NCBI GenBank assembly: GCA_947385375.1
Contig: CANDKR010000001.1
Coordinates: forward strand, 1,333-65,332
Length of the DNA stretch: 64,000 bases
Source: an uncultured Clostridia bacterium
Lineage (GTDB): Bacteria > Bacillota > Clostridia > TANB77 > CAG-508
Reading direction: 5' to 3'
A program made the translations under genes and the position numbers. Shown here piece after piece: positions 19,351-29,748 of the stretch. Position 1 is the first letter of the stretch. Every line of letters starts with the position of its first letter. The notes beneath the pieces were generated by a model, which was given only the letters and a program-made list of their open reading frames with translations, made no database searches and was not told the origin of the DNA.

Positions 19351-19695
19351 TTATTTTATTAAAACGTCTACTTCCCCATTTTCAAACAAGAAAGCGTCTT
19401 CATATTTTTCTACATCACGTACTGGTAAGAACACTGATAATTTGACCGCTTCGTGCAAACATTCAGGACATTTATATGCAATAATACCGCAAGCATATTG
19501 ACCAGTAGGTATTTCTGCTTTTTTATTTACTGGAGTTACATTTTTTATGTAATACTCTGGCTCACTATGAGAAACATAATGTCCAACCATCATTGGCAAA
19601 GCGTATAGTCTTTTATTTTTTACTTCCATTTCGCTTTTACACTCTTTGCACCAATCGTCATGAAAAACAGAGCGGATATTTCTTATAAATCCCAT
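19351..19695 (-). CDS. Hypothetical CxxC..CxxC zinc-ribbon protein
   Basis: Two Cys pairs (CKEC, CPEC); no other recognisable domain. Confidence 0.5.
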   Translation of the reverse strand: MGFIRNIRSVFHDDWCKECKSEMEVKNKRLYALPMMVGHYVSHSEPEYYIKNVTPVNKKAEIPTGQYACGIIAYKCPECLHEAVKLSVFLPVRDVEKYEDAFLFENGEVDVLIK

Positions 19696-19697
19696 TC

Positions 19698-20282
19698 TTA
19701 GTTCACCTTCTTGCGTGCATTTTCTAGTACTTCTACCATCATATCAGCTTTAGAAATTCCTGTAAGTATGTATTCGCTATCCATACGCCAACGAGTATTT
19801 GAAGTAAAGGTATTTACTCTAATTTTTGTATCATCTATTGTAAATAAGAAACTTACTCTTCCACTACCTTCAAAAATTCCAAAACCTGATTTTCCATCAT
19901 CCACCCATGTTTTTGTAACACGGTTAGCAGATACTATGTAAGGCTCAAATGGGTTCCAGAAAGACACTAGCGCAATTTTACCGTTTTCAATATCTACTAC
20001 AACAGTCCAGCCATCGCCATAGAAAGTATGATTTTTAACAAAACCACTTTCATCTAATTCTTTTTCTAATTTTTTTTGTGCTTTTTTATATAAGAAATTA
20101 CCTGCAAATACCCACCAAATAAAAGATAAGAAACTTGGTCCCATAAGTAAAATTACTGCCATATTTCCTTTTGGAAAGAATGTTGCTGAAAGCCAGAAAC
20201 ATATTGCACATATTATCATTGGTACAAAAATATATGATAATAAATAAACTAAATTAATTTTTTTAACTTTTTGATTTTCCAT
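19698..20282 (-). CDS. Hypothetical membrane protein (2 N-terminal TM helices)
   Basis: ORF with hydrophobic N-terminal helices; compact gene spacing. Confidence 0.5.
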   Translation of the reverse strand: MENQKVKKINLVYLLSYIFVPMIICAICFWLSATFFPKGNMAVILLMGPSFLSFIWWVFAGNFLYKKAQKKLEKELDESGFVKNHTFYGDGWTVVVDIENGKIALVSFWNPFEPYIVSANRVTKTWVDDGKSGFGIFEGSGRVSFLFTIDDTKIRVNTFTSNTRWRMDSEYILTGISKADMMVEVLENARKKVN

Positions 20283-20297
20283 TTTTACTCCTCTTTT

Positions 20298-20969
20298 CTA
20301 TTCCCATTCTGATTTTTGTTTATTCTTTGGTGCCCAGAAATATGGGAAAATCCCTAATCTTGCACCAAGTGCATGAAGTATTGGGAATGCTATTATTACA
20401 GTTATTACTTGTATCATTGTGATAGTGTTTTCTGAATAGTCTTCTTCAGAAACTTTGCCACCATTTCCTAACATATCAATATAGAAATCTTTACGAGTCA
20501 GCGGTTCTTTATATTCGATTTGAGATATAAAGCTTTCACTGCTAGTCAAATCTTCATAAACTATTTTACCTACTGGCAAAGTTGAATTTCCGCTATAATA
20601 CTCTCCATCAGTTTTTACTGAGTCCATATTGATAGCTGCTGCAACTCTTTCACCTGACGGAAGTGTTACAGAATATAAATAATAACTATTATAGTATCCT
20701 GCACCACGATTTCTGTACTCAATTCCAGGTGAAACTATCGTAAATGTGTCGTGTGCTAATAAGTCTTCAACGCTTTGTGCCCTAAACACTTCTTCTCCTG
20801 CAACACCACCAATATCTCCATCGCTAACTGTATGCTCTTCAGAATATGTTTCATACTTTTGTGGTATTACTTGTTCAGCTATTTTAACAGGAATAAAGCT
20901 AATCAAAACACTTAATAATAGGCATAACCAAATATCAAATCTAAGACTACGATATCTCACTGTTCTCAC
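20298..20969 (-). CDS. Hypothetical membrane-anchored protein with a C-terminal TM
   Basis: ORF with an N-terminal signal anchor and a C-terminal hydrophobic segment. Confidence 0.5.
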   Translation of the reverse strand: MRTVRYRSLRFDIWLCLLLSVLISFIPVKIAEQVIPQKYETYSEEHTVSDGDIGGVAGEEVFRAQSVEDLLAHDTFTIVSPGIEYRNRGAGYYNSYYLYSVTLPSGERVAAAINMDSVKTDGEYYSGNSTLPVGKIVYEDLTSSESFISQIEYKEPLTRKDFYIDMLGNGGKVSEEDYSENTITMIQVITVIIAFPILHALGARLGIFPYFWAPKNKQKSEWE

Positions 20970-21026
20970 CTCTTTTGCTTATTTTATTTACTATAATATT
21001 ATATAGATTTCAATATTTAATGTCAA

Positions 21027-21575
21027 TTATTCTACATTTAATTTTTTTATAACTTTACACGGACTTCCAATAGCTACTGAGTTTGAAGGAATATCTTTAG
21101 TAACTATACTTCCTGCCCCAATAGTTACATTATCTCCAATTGTAATTCCTGGCAAAACTACTACATTACCACCTATCCATACATTATTACCTACTTTTAT
21201 AGGTTTTTTAGTTGCTATACCTTGATTTCTTAACTCCGGATCAACTGGGTGTCCGACTGTGTAGAAATTGCAATTTGGTCCAATTAATACATGATCTCCA
21301 AATTCTACTGGCGCTGGATCTAAAATTGTACAATTATGATTCATATAGAAGTGTTCTCCGACTGAAATATTATATCCGAAATCACACCAAAAATCTTGTT
21401 CAACAATTGGTCTTCCTTTAGTTTTTCCAAATAAATTCTTTATCATTTCAACACGCTCTTCTACTTTTGAAGGCTCGGTATGGTTATATTTATAACATAT
21501 ATCTTGTGCCCAGTATTTTTTAGCTTTAAGTTCTTCATCTCCACCTGCATTATATAGTTCTTCTTTAATTTCCAT
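21027..21575 (-). CDS. Sugar O-acetyltransferase (Maa/LacA-like hexapeptide-repeat transferase)
   Basis: Left-handed beta-helix hexapeptide repeats ([LIV]G.N..IG...VV.PGI.IGDN..IGAGS.V). Confidence 0.8.
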   Translation of the reverse strand: MEIKEELYNAGGDEELKAKKYWAQDICYKYNHTEPSKVEERVEMIKNLFGKTKGRPIVEQDFWCDFGYNISVGEHFYMNHNCTILDPAPVEFGDHVLIGPNCNFYTVGHPVDPELRNQGIATKKPIKVGNNVWIGGNVVVLPGITIGDNVTIGAGSIVTKDIPSNSVAIGSPCKVIKKLNVE

Positions 21576-21626
21576 AGCTATTCTCCATCTATTTTTATTG
21601 TTTATTTCTAAATTTTAAAAGTGATA

Positions 21627-22157
21627 TTACTTAATTACACTATAATGTACTTGTAAAATATCTTCTCTTTCTTTTACTACTTTTTCAAGTTTCAATTTAT
21701 TTTCAAAAAACTTTCCATCAAATAAAGGTATGCCTTTATTTAATATATAAGGATTGTAATTTAAAATAATTTCATCAACAATTCCTTTTTCCATAAAAGA
21801 ATTATTTATTTTTGCTCCACCTGAAATAAATAGTTTACTAAATTTATTTTCTTCACAGCATTTTAGGCAATCTTCTACTGAATTGCAATATGTAACTTTA
21901 GGGATTTCAGCTTTTCGTTTTTTTGAATTACTTAAGACTATGATATTTATATCTTTTAAAGCTTCTATATACTCATCTCCCCAAGATAATATATTATCCC
22001 AAGTTTTTCTTCCCCAGATAAGTACATCATATTCTTTTAAGAATTCTAGCATTATCTCCCATCCTCTTTCAGATAAGAAATCTTCTTCTCCCTCTTCTCT
22101 TGCAATTAGACCATTTATAGAACAAGCCATTTCAACTGTTATTATTCTATTATTCAT
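21627..22157 (-). CDS. Dihydrofolate reductase-like (RibD C-terminal domain family) protein
   Basis: Similarity to bacterial DHFR/RibD_C family proteins (IITVEMACSINGLIA...). Confidence 0.65.
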   Translation of the reverse strand: MNNRIITVEMACSINGLIAREEGEEDFLSERGWEIMLEFLKEYDVLIWGRKTWDNILSWGDEYIEALKDINIIVLSNSKKRKAEIPKVTYCNSVEDCLKCCEENKFSKLFISGGAKINNSFMEKGIVDEIILNYNPYILNKGIPLFDGKFFENKLKLEKVVKEREDILQVHYSVIK

Positions 22158-22171
22158 ATTAATTCTCCATA

Positions 22172-22805
22172 TTATAAAATTTCACATCTAATAGAAGGTT
22201 TTATATTTTCTTTAAATTTTAAAGCATCTTCTTTAGTTCCTACTATACTTCCATAATGAATAGGTATAACTAACTTAGGTTCAATTATATTTGCAAGTTC
22301 TGAAGCTTCATTATATGTCATTGTATATGTTCCGACCTACTGGTAAAAAAGCAATATCACATTTTACTTGTTTTGCTTCTTCTGTTATATCTGTATCACC
22401 TGCAATATAATATGACATATTATTAGTGTTTATAATATATCCTACCCAATTATTTGTCTTAGGGTGAAATTGTTTATTGATGTTATATGCTGGTACTGTA
22501 CTAAAAGTTATATTTCCTATTTCATAATTATTGTTTGGCATAACCTTAATTATATTTTCTGGTTTAAAACCTAAACTTAAAGTTTTATCATATAAATCGT
22601 CTGTTACTACTATCTTAGTATTTTCATTAATACATTTCTTAATATCCTCTTCTGAGAAATGGTCGTAATGACTATGTGTTATAAATATAATATCAGCATC
22701 ATTATAGCTTTCTTTTATCTTAAAAGGATCAATATATATAATTTTATCGCCTAATAGTTTTATTGTACTATGACCTAACCATTTAATATTTTCTTCTTTT
22801 TTCAT
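22172..22805 (-). CDS. MBL-fold metallo-hydrolase. It requires a +1 shift at an in-frame CGG (plus 22332-22334)
   Basis: HxHxDH motif (FITHSHYDHF). cca gta ggt C gga aca tat restores LPVGGTYTMTYNE and extends the frame to a stop near 22172. Confidence 0.75.
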
Positions 22806-22823
22806 TACCTATACTTCCTAACA

Positions 22824-23564
22824 TTAAAAATTTTCTATAATTATGTTATCTATTTCTTTGAAACTAGCATTTTCAGTTAATACAATATCAAAAGTTGACT
22901 TATATAATTCTAAATTTTCTTCTATTTTTTTATCTAAAAATCCAACTGTTATGGTATTATTCAATCTCGTTTTTGTTACCATATTTATATCGTCTACTAT
23001 ATCTCCGAATAACAATGTGTATTTTTTAGATTCTATTTCAATATTTAATTCTTTCGAAAAAACAACTTGATTTTTATTAATTGGTGTAACATTATAAACG
23101 TCACTTTCTCCTTCTATACCACAATTATTAGCGTATATATGAATGTTGTCATAATAACAATTATTAAATTTAAGATATTCTTTGATTACATTTTTTAAAC
23201 TACAAGAAATTATTATTACTGGTACATTATAATAGTTCATTTTTTGTAAAAATTCTTTTGCTCCATCTCTAAGTTGTAAATTTGATTTTTTGATAGCTTC
23301 TCTTATTAGTTTATAATCTAAATTTCTATCATGCAACAGCTCTAAATAACCTTTAAATATATCTTCCCATGATAAATTAGTATTGTCATGTATTTCATCA
23401 TACTCTTTAGCAAATTCATTTCCTAATAGTTCTGAATAATATAACACTCCCCAACCACTTATACTATTTCCTTTTGTCAAAGTTCTATCAAAATCAATTA
23501 AGACATAAAAATTTTCTTTAGTTAATTTTATACTATCTAATTTCTTAGAATTAACATATTTCAT
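22824..23564 (-). CDS. HAD-superfamily hydrolase (pyrimidine 5-prime-nucleotidase-like)
   Basis: DxDxT motif (IDFDRTLT). Confidence 0.6.
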   Translation of the reverse strand: MKYVNSKKLDSIKLTKENFYVLIDFDRTLTKGNSISGWGVLYYSELLGNEFAKEYDEIHDNTNLSWEDIFKGYLELLHDRNLDYKLIREAIKKSNLQLRDGAKEFLQKMNYYNVPVIIISCSLKNVIKEYLKFNNCYYDNIHIYANNCGIEGESDVYNVTPINKNQVVFSKELNIEIESKKYTLLFGDIVDDINMVTKTRLNNTITVGFLDKKIEENLELYKSTFDIVLTENASFKEIDNIIIENF

Positions 23565-23573
23565 AGATACCTC

Positions 23574-24224
23574 TTATCTTTCCATTTCATATACCATATC
23601 TTTAGATAATCTTAGCAGTTTTCTGCATTCTTGTTCAATATTATCTGCTGCAAAAATAGCGGAAACCATAGCAACACCATCTACGCCTGTTCCTGATAAT
23701 TTTGATATCGTGCCTCTTTCCATACCACCTATTGCTACTACTGGAATTCTTACTGCTCTGCATATTCTTTTAAGTTCAGACACAGGTACATAAGAAGCGT
23801 CTGGTTTAGTAGTTGTTGCATATATAGCGCCAACTCCAAGATAGTCTGCACCACCAGCTTCTGCTAGTTTTGCCTCTTCAACATTATGAGCAGAAACACC
23901 AATAATCATATTCTCTCCTACTAATTTTCTAACTTCACTTAATGGCATATCTGACTGACCAACGTGAATTCCACTTGCTCCTGATTGTATTGCTACTCTA
24001 ACATTATCATTAATTATCAGTGGCACATTATATCTTTTACATAATCTTTGCATTTCGATTGCTCTTGCAAGAAAAGCCTCATCGTCCAAATCTTTTTCTC
24101 TTAACTGTAAACATGTAATTCCACCTTTTAATGCTGCTTCTACTTGTTCCATTAATGGTAGTTTACTTGGTAATTTACTATTAGTTACCGCATAAAGTAA
24201 CATCATATTTTTATTACATTTCAT
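23574..24224 (-). CDS. thiE: Thiamine-phosphate synthase
   Basis: ThiE/TMP-TENI fold; RBS AAGGAG before the ATG; no TPP-riboswitch consensus in the 150-nt leader. Confidence 0.85.
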   Translation of the reverse strand: MKCNKNMMLLYAVTNSKLPSKLPLMEQVEAALKGGITCLQLREKDLDDEAFLARAIEMQRLCKRYNVPLIINDNVRVAIQSGASGIHVGQSDMPLSEVRKLVGENMIIGVSAHNVEEAKLAEAGGADYLGVGAIYATTTKPDASYVPVSELKRICRAVRIPVVAIGGMERGTISKLSGTGVDGVAMVSAIFAADNIEQECRKLLRLSKDMVYEMER

Positions 24225-24253
24225 ATTCTTTCTCCTTAATATGTTTATCTCTT

Positions 24254-24284
24254 TTCAACTGTCAACAATTCCTTGACAGTTCAA
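24254..24284. promoter_or_regulatory. Near-perfect 12+7+12 inverted repeat TTCAACTGTCAA-n7-TTGACAGTTCAA in the thiE leader. It contains TTGACA and is a candidate operator or promoter
   Basis: Read directly from the sequence; 11 of 12 arm positions match. Confidence 0.4.
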
Positions 24285-24380
24285 TTTTCATTTAATTACT
24301 CTTGTATTGTCCATCACGAACATTTGTATTTTATCATACATTTATTATACTTTCAATACTTTTACGATTTTTTACAAAAA

Positions 24381-24413
24381 TAGAGCTATGTTTCTCACAT
24401 AGCTCTTTAAACA
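24381..24413 (-). terminator. Terminator hairpin AGAGCTATG-TGAGAAA-CATAGCTCT followed by a U-run (minus strand). It is copy 1 of a repeated element
   Basis: Perfect 9-bp stem followed by ATTTTTG on the minus strand. It is nearly identical to the element at 25040-25072. Confidence 0.65.
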
Positions 24414-24533
24414 CTAGTTATTTGGCAGGTGTACCAATTCCTGCATCTCTTTTGACCTCTAGGGTGTGTGGATGGCACTATTGTCCACTTCAAATAACCT
24501 ATTTCTATTGTACTTTTATTATACAACTTTTAT

Positions 24534-24935
24534 TCATTTTTGTCCAGTCTTTCTGCTTTTCCAAATTATTTTTCCTCTGTTTTTAATAGTTTGATTCCAA
24601 GTTCTTCTATTCAATTTCATTAAAGTTATAATTGAATTTTTACCATGCTCTTTATCATTTCCTAAGGCTAATTTTATCACACCCCTACCATTTTTGCCAA
24701 TATTTTCAATTTCCTTTAAGTATATCATTGTATCTTTATGTCTATTATCTTCAACAATATAATCTGGATTTTCAATTATACTTTTAATATATGGTCTTAA
24801 TTGTTTGTATTCTTCTCTATGAAATAAAAGTATATGCTCATATAATCTTTCATCTGTTAAAATAACTTCTTCTGTTATTAACTTATTTTCGTATAGTCCT
24901 AACTTTTTTCTATCTAAATTTGTTATATATTGCAA
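24534..24935 (-). CDS. Hypothetical small basic protein (133 aa), possibly nuclease- or toxin-like
   Basis: ORF bracketed by two near-identical terminator-like hairpins; no confident family assignment. Confidence 0.45.
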   Translation of the reverse strand: MQYITNLDRKKLGLYENKLITEEVILTDERLYEHILLFHREEYKQLRPYIKSIIENPDYIVEDNRHKDTMIYLKEIENIGKNGRGVIKLALGNDKEHGKNSIITLMKLNRRTWNQTIKNRGKIIWKSRKTGQK

Positions 24936-25039
24936 TCTGTTACCTTCTTTTGATTTATATGTTTATTGTGTAAGTTATCAAAATGTATGTTCGCATTATA
25001 TAAGAATTTAATTCAATTGTCAATACATTATGCAAAAAA

Positions 25040-25072
25040 TAGAGCTATGTGAGAAACACAGCTCTTTTAGTT
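25040..25072 (-). terminator. secA terminator hairpin AGAGCTGTG-TTTCTCA-CATAGCTCT followed by a U-run. It is copy 2 of the repeated element
   Basis: Same flanks and stem as 24381-24413; loop reverse-complemented; followed by ATTTTTTG on the minus strand. Confidence 0.65.
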
Positions 25073-25105
25073 TATTGATTTCTACCACAGCAGTTCTTAT
25101 ACTTC

Positions 25106-27871
25106 TTACCGGCTACCACAAGGGCAAGGGTCGTTACGACCAACTTTTGGTCCATTGTTTACTATCGGTTGTGGTTTACTATCAGAAGTTTTGTTTGGTG
25201 CAGATTCTCCAACTGGAGTAATTGTATCAACTGCACTAGTATCTAATCTTGTATTTGTTATTCTTATACTATTTACTCTAGCTCCTGGCATTGGTCTTTT
25301 AGTTAGATGAAGAATACATTGAGCTACTTCTACTTTTATTCCTGAAACCATTTCATCAAACATATCTGCGCCTTCTATTCTATATTGAATAACTGGATCT
25401 TTTTGACCATAGGCGCGAAGTCCAATACCATTTTTTAATTCGTCCATTGCATCTATATGATCCATCCATTTAGAGTCAACTTTCATTAGCATAATTCCTC
25501 TTTCAAGTTCTCTCATATCTGGACCAATTTCTTGTTCTTTGGCTTCATATTTAGCAATAACTTTTTCTTGTAATTCTGAAACAAGTTCTGCTGGATTTAC
25601 ATTATCTTTATTTAATTCCTTAAGTTCTGCAATTTCTTCTTGTGGCATATTAAAAGTAGTTCTAATCTCATTTACTAAAGGTGCTTTGTTGAAGTTTTCT
25701 TCTGACATATCAGCACTATATGTTTCTACTACAAGCTCACAAGCTGACTCTAACATATTTACAATATTATCTCTAATATCTGTACCATTTAAAACTTGTC
25801 TTCTCTCGCCATAAATAATCTCTCTTTGTACATTTATAACGTCATCGTAGCTTAGGATATATTTACGAGCTGAGAAATGTTGACCTTCAACTCTTGACTG
25901 AGCACGTTCGATAGTTTTTCCTAAAAGCCCAACTTGGAATGGTTGATCATCTGGAAGCTTATCAGTATTTACAAGTGAAGAAATTAAGTCACCACCAAAT
26001 ATTTTTAATAAATCATCATCTAAGGCTAAATAAAACATTGTTGAACCAGGGTCTCCTTGACGTCCACTACGTCCACGAAGCTGATTATCAATTCTTCTTG
26101 ACTCATGTCTTTCAGTACCGATAATTCTTAAACCGCCTACTTCAATTACTTTTGCTTTTTCTTCTGCAATTTCATTTTCATGTTTTTCTTTTAACTCTTT
26201 AAACTTCTTTCTAGCATCTAAAATTTCTTGGTCTGTTGTTTCATTAAAAGCTGTTGCTTGCTCTACTAATTCGTCAGAATATTTTAATTTACGCATTTCT
26301 TGTTTAGCTAGATATTCACTATTACCACCAAGCATAATATCAGTACCACGACCAGCCATATTTGTTGCAATTGTTACTGCACCAAATTTACCAGCTTGAG
26401 CTATGATTTCTGCTTCTTTTTCATGGTTTTTAGCATTTAATACTTCGTGTTTTAAGCCTTCTCTTTGCAAAAGAGCACTTAATTTTTCTGATTTTTCAAT
26501 AGAAACAGTACCAACAAGAACTGGTTGCCCTTTTTCATGACAAGCCTTTATATCTTTAACAATGGCAGTATATTTTGCATTCTCATTTTTATAAACTGCA
26601 TCTATTTCATCTTTTCTAATAAGTGGTCTATTTGTAGGAATAGCAATAACATCTAAATGATAGATTTCTCTAAACTCGTCCTCTTCTGTCATTGCAGTAC
26701 CTGTCATACCAGCTAATTTATCATATAATCTAAAGAAATTTTGATAAGTAATAGTAGCAAGTGTTCTAGACTCGTCAGCAATTTTAACGCCTTCTTTAGC
26801 TTCAATTGCTTGGTGAAGTCCATCACTATATCTTCTACCATACATAATTCTTCCTGTAAATTCGTCAACAATTAAGACTTCCCCATCTTTTACGATATAG
26901 TCTATGTCTTTTTTCATAATACCATTTGCACGAAGTGCTTGTGTAACATTATGAACAATATCTGAATTCTCTAAATCATTATAATTTTCTAGATTAAAGT
27001 ATTGTTCTGCTTTTGCGATACCTTTTCCAGTAAGTGCAGCAGTTTTAGCTTTTAAATCTATAATATAGTCATAATTCTCATTATCTTCGGTTTGCTCAAT
27101 GTTTTTAACATCATCTTCTACAATAGTTTTTGCTTGCAATCTCTTAACAAAACTATCTGCTTTTTTATATAAATCAGAAGTTTTATTTTGTGACATACCA
27201 GATATAATAAGTGGTGTACGAGCCTCGTCAATTAAAATACTATCAATCTCGTCTAAAATAGCATAGTGCATACCTCTTTGCACCATATCTTCTTTTCTAA
27301 CAACCATATTATCTCTTAAATAATCAAATCCAAGCTCACTGTTTGTACAATATGTAATATCTGCATTATATGCTTCACGTTTTATAGAACTTTCTTGTTG
27401 TCCTAATACAAGTCCAACAGATAATCCTAAAAATCTATATACTTTACCCATCCATTCGCTATCTCTTCTAGCTAGGTATTCGTTAACAGTAATAACATGT
27501 ACACCTTTCCCTTCTAGCGCATTAAGATATACTGGCAATGTAGCAACAAGTGTTTTACCTTCACCAGTTTTCATTTCAGCAATTCTACCTTGATGCAAAA
27601 TAATACCACCTATTAATTGCACATCAAAATGTCTCATACCTAAAACTCTTTTTGAAGCTTCTCTCATAACTGCAAAAGCTTCTGGTAATATATCATTTAG
27701 TGTTTTACCATTTGCAAGTTCGCCTTTGAAATATGCTGTTTTGGCTCTTAATTCCTCATCAGATAATTTCTCCATCTCTGGCTCTAAACTATTAATTTTC
27801 TCAACTAATGGCATAACCCTATTAACTTCTTTTTCACTATAACTTTTAAAAATTTTACTTAAAAATCCCAC
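25106..27871 (-). CDS. secA: Preprotein translocase ATPase SecA (GTG start)
   Basis: Full-length SecA with DEAD motor, PPXD and C-terminal zinc-binding CPCGS. Confidence 0.95.
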   Translation of the reverse strand: MGFLSKIFKSYSEKEVNRVMPLVEKINSLEPEMEKLSDEELRAKTAYFKGELANGKTLNDILPEAFAVMREASKRVLGMRHFDVQLIGGIILHQGRIAEMKTGEGKTLVATLPVYLNALEGKGVHVITVNEYLARRDSEWMGKVYRFLGLSVGLVLGQQESSIKREAYNADITYCTNSELGFDYLRDNMVVRKEDMVQRGMHYAILDEIDSILIDEARTPLIISGMSQNKTSDLYKKADSFVKRLQAKTIVEDDVKNIEQTEDNENYDYIIDLKAKTAALTGKGIAKAEQYFNLENYNDLENSDIVHNVTQALRANGIMKKDIDYIVKDGEVLIVDEFTGRIMYGRRYSDGLHQAIEAKEGVKIADESRTLATITYQNFFRLYDKLAGMTGTAMTEEDEFREIYHLDVIAIPTNRPLIRKDEIDAVYKNENAKYTAIVKDIKACHEKGQPVLVGTVSIEKSEKLSALLQREGLKHEVLNAKNHEKEAEIIAQAGKFGAVTIATNMAGRGTDIMLGGNSEYLAKQEMRKLKYSDELVEQATAFNETTDQEILDARKKFKELKEKHENEIAEEKAKVIEVGGLRIIGTERHESRRIDNQLRGRSGRQGDPGSTMFYLALDDDLLKIFGGDLISSLVNTDKLPDDQPFQVGLLGKTIERAQSRVEGQHFSARKYILSYDDVINVQREIIYGERRQVLNGTDIRDNIVNMLESACELVVETYSADMSEENFNKAPLVNEIRTTFNMPQEEIAELKELNKDNVNPAELVSELQEKVIAKYEAKEQEIGPDMRELERGIMLMKVDSKWMDHIDAMDELKNGIGLRAYGQKDPVIQYRIEGADMFDEMVSGIKVEVAQCILHLTKRPMPGARVNSIRITNTRLDTSAVDTITPVGESAPNKTSDSKPQPIVNNGPKVGRNDPCPCGSR

Positions 27872-28000
27872 TTGACTTATCCTCCTTCAGTTTTACTTAT
27901 AAACTATATCATTTTTCATACTGTTTTGCAAGTTTTATTCATAAAAAATGGCTCTTTTGAATAGACTTTACAAAACTACTTTAAAGGAAGGTCTTATACT

Positions 28001-28555
28001 ATGTTTGTTTGTAATGTGAAATTTAATAAAAATACTTGTTTTAAATGGATTTTAGGCTTTTTTGCTATTATTTGTATATGTCTCGCTGTTGTTGCAGGTT
28101 TCAAAATTTTCAAAGGCTATAACAGAGAAACTTTCGAGGATTTAGAATGTCTGCCAAATACCGATATTGCTATAATTCGTGATGAAGATTATACTAATAT
28201 TTTAAAAATGGTAAATGATGATATTGATACTTATATAGGTCAAAAAATCTGTTTTACAGGATATGTTTACAGAGTTTCTGATATCAAGGACGATGAATTT
28301 ATTTTAGCTCGTGATATGATTATTTCAGATTCTCCAAGGCAAAGTCTTGTGGTTGGTTTTTTAAGTAAATGCAAAAATGCTACTAGTTTTGAAAATAATG
28401 CTTGGGTAAGAGTTGTAGGTACTATTGAAAAAGGCGAATATTCAGGAGAAGTTCCAATTATTAATATAACTGAAATTGAGAAAACTACAAAGCCTGAAAA
28501 TCCTGATGTACCAGTTCCTGACGACTATTATGTTCCAACTAGTGTAATTTACTAA
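28001..28555 (+). CDS. Hypothetical membrane-anchored protein
   Basis: RBS AAAGGAAGG; N-terminal TM; plus-strand gene converging on the transporter. Confidence 0.6.
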   Translation: MFVCNVKFNKNTCFKWILGFFAIICICLAVVAGFKIFKGYNRETFEDLECLPNTDIAIIRDEDYTNILKMVNDDIDTYIGQKICFTGYVYRVSDIKDDEFILARDMIISDSPRQSLVVGFLSKCKNATSFENNAWVRVVGTIEKGEYSGEVPIINITEIEKTTKPENPDVPVPDDYYVPTSVIY

Positions 28556-29678
28556 AGAATATCTAAAATACTATTTACAAGTCCTTTATCTATGGTATTT
28601 GAAAAAATATTTTTAAGAATTATCAAGATAATCGGACCTGCAAGTAGTCCTAAAAGTCCTAAAAACTTAAATCCGGTATACATTGCAATTAAAGTAAAAA
28701 TTGGATGTATACCTATTTTATTACTCACAATCTTTGGCTCTATAAATTGTTTTGCAAGTAGTGTAAAAACATACAATCCTAAAAGTGCTGAGCCTAGTGA
28801 AATATCTGAATTTATGAAAGAAATTAATGCCCATGGTATTAGTACTGTACCACTTCCGAAGTATTGGTAGTGCATCTACAAATCCTATTATTAGAGCCAT
28901 TAGAAGAGGATATTCCAGTGGTAAACCTATCAAATTAAAAATTGACATGCCTACTAGAACTATTATAAAAGATATGAAAATCATTATAATCTCAGCTTTC
29001 AAATATCCACCTAAACTTTCTTTTATATTTCTAGTTTTCTCTCTCACCTTCCCTATCCATTTTTTAGGAAAATGATATTCCATTCTATCCAAAATATAAA
29101 ATTTATCTGATGATATGAAATATGTGCTAAGTATTGTTATTACTAAATAAACAAAGAAATTAGGTATTTTTCCAATCCATTTTATAAAACCACTTAAATA
29201 ATTTTTAATAATATTTCCGGGCTTCATTTATAAAGCTAACTGTTGCATTTTCGATTATTGGTTTTATATTGCTATTTATGTTCCAATTATCAATATTTAT
29301 GGATTGTACTTTATCCATAACAATTTCAATATACCCGTTCATTCCAGATAAAGCATCTGTTACTTCTGAAATTAAAAAAATACTGCCTAATGAAATTAAA
29401 CTTATACATATTGCAAAGAATATAACAAGTACAAGTATACTACTTGTCTTTCTAGTTAAATTGCTTTTGTTTTTAATGCTAATTATTATAGGGTCTAACA
29501 GTTCTGCAATAACAAACCCTATCAAAAATGGTATATAAAATACAAATAGTTTAAAACTAATAAACACTGATAGGATAACGAAAATACCAAATATAATAAT
29601 TTTTGAAATCGCCTTTAATTTTTCTACATTCACTTTAAAACTCACCTCTAGAAATATATTACCCCAAATTCCCAGCAA
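28552..29678 (-). CDS. AI-2E family transporter (PerM/YhhT-like). It requires two +1 shifts at in-frame CGG codons (plus 29217-29219 and 28856-28858)
   Basis: The three ORF-track fragments form one 8-TM AI-2E protein when the C of gcc C gga and of ctt C gga is skipped (…FINEAGNIIKNY… and …ALPILGSGTVLIPWA…). Confidence 0.75.
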
Positions 29679-29720
29679 AATTTGAAGAATTATGTAACAA
29701 GTGATATAAAAAATAAAATT

Positions 29721-29748
29721 ACGCCTTAATAGTTAATTATTAAGGCGT
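29721..29748 (-). terminator. Terminator of the patatin gene (11-bp perfect stem ACGCCTTAATA/TATTAAGGCGT followed by a U-run)
   Basis: Overlaps the patatin stop; followed by AATTTTATTTTTT on the minus strand. Confidence 0.65.

Noticed and set aside
24225-24380. TPP riboswitch in the thiE leader
   Set aside because: No CUGAGA or ACCUGAUCNGGNUAAUACCNGCG-type THI-box motifs on the minus strand. Only a palindromic operator-like repeat is present.
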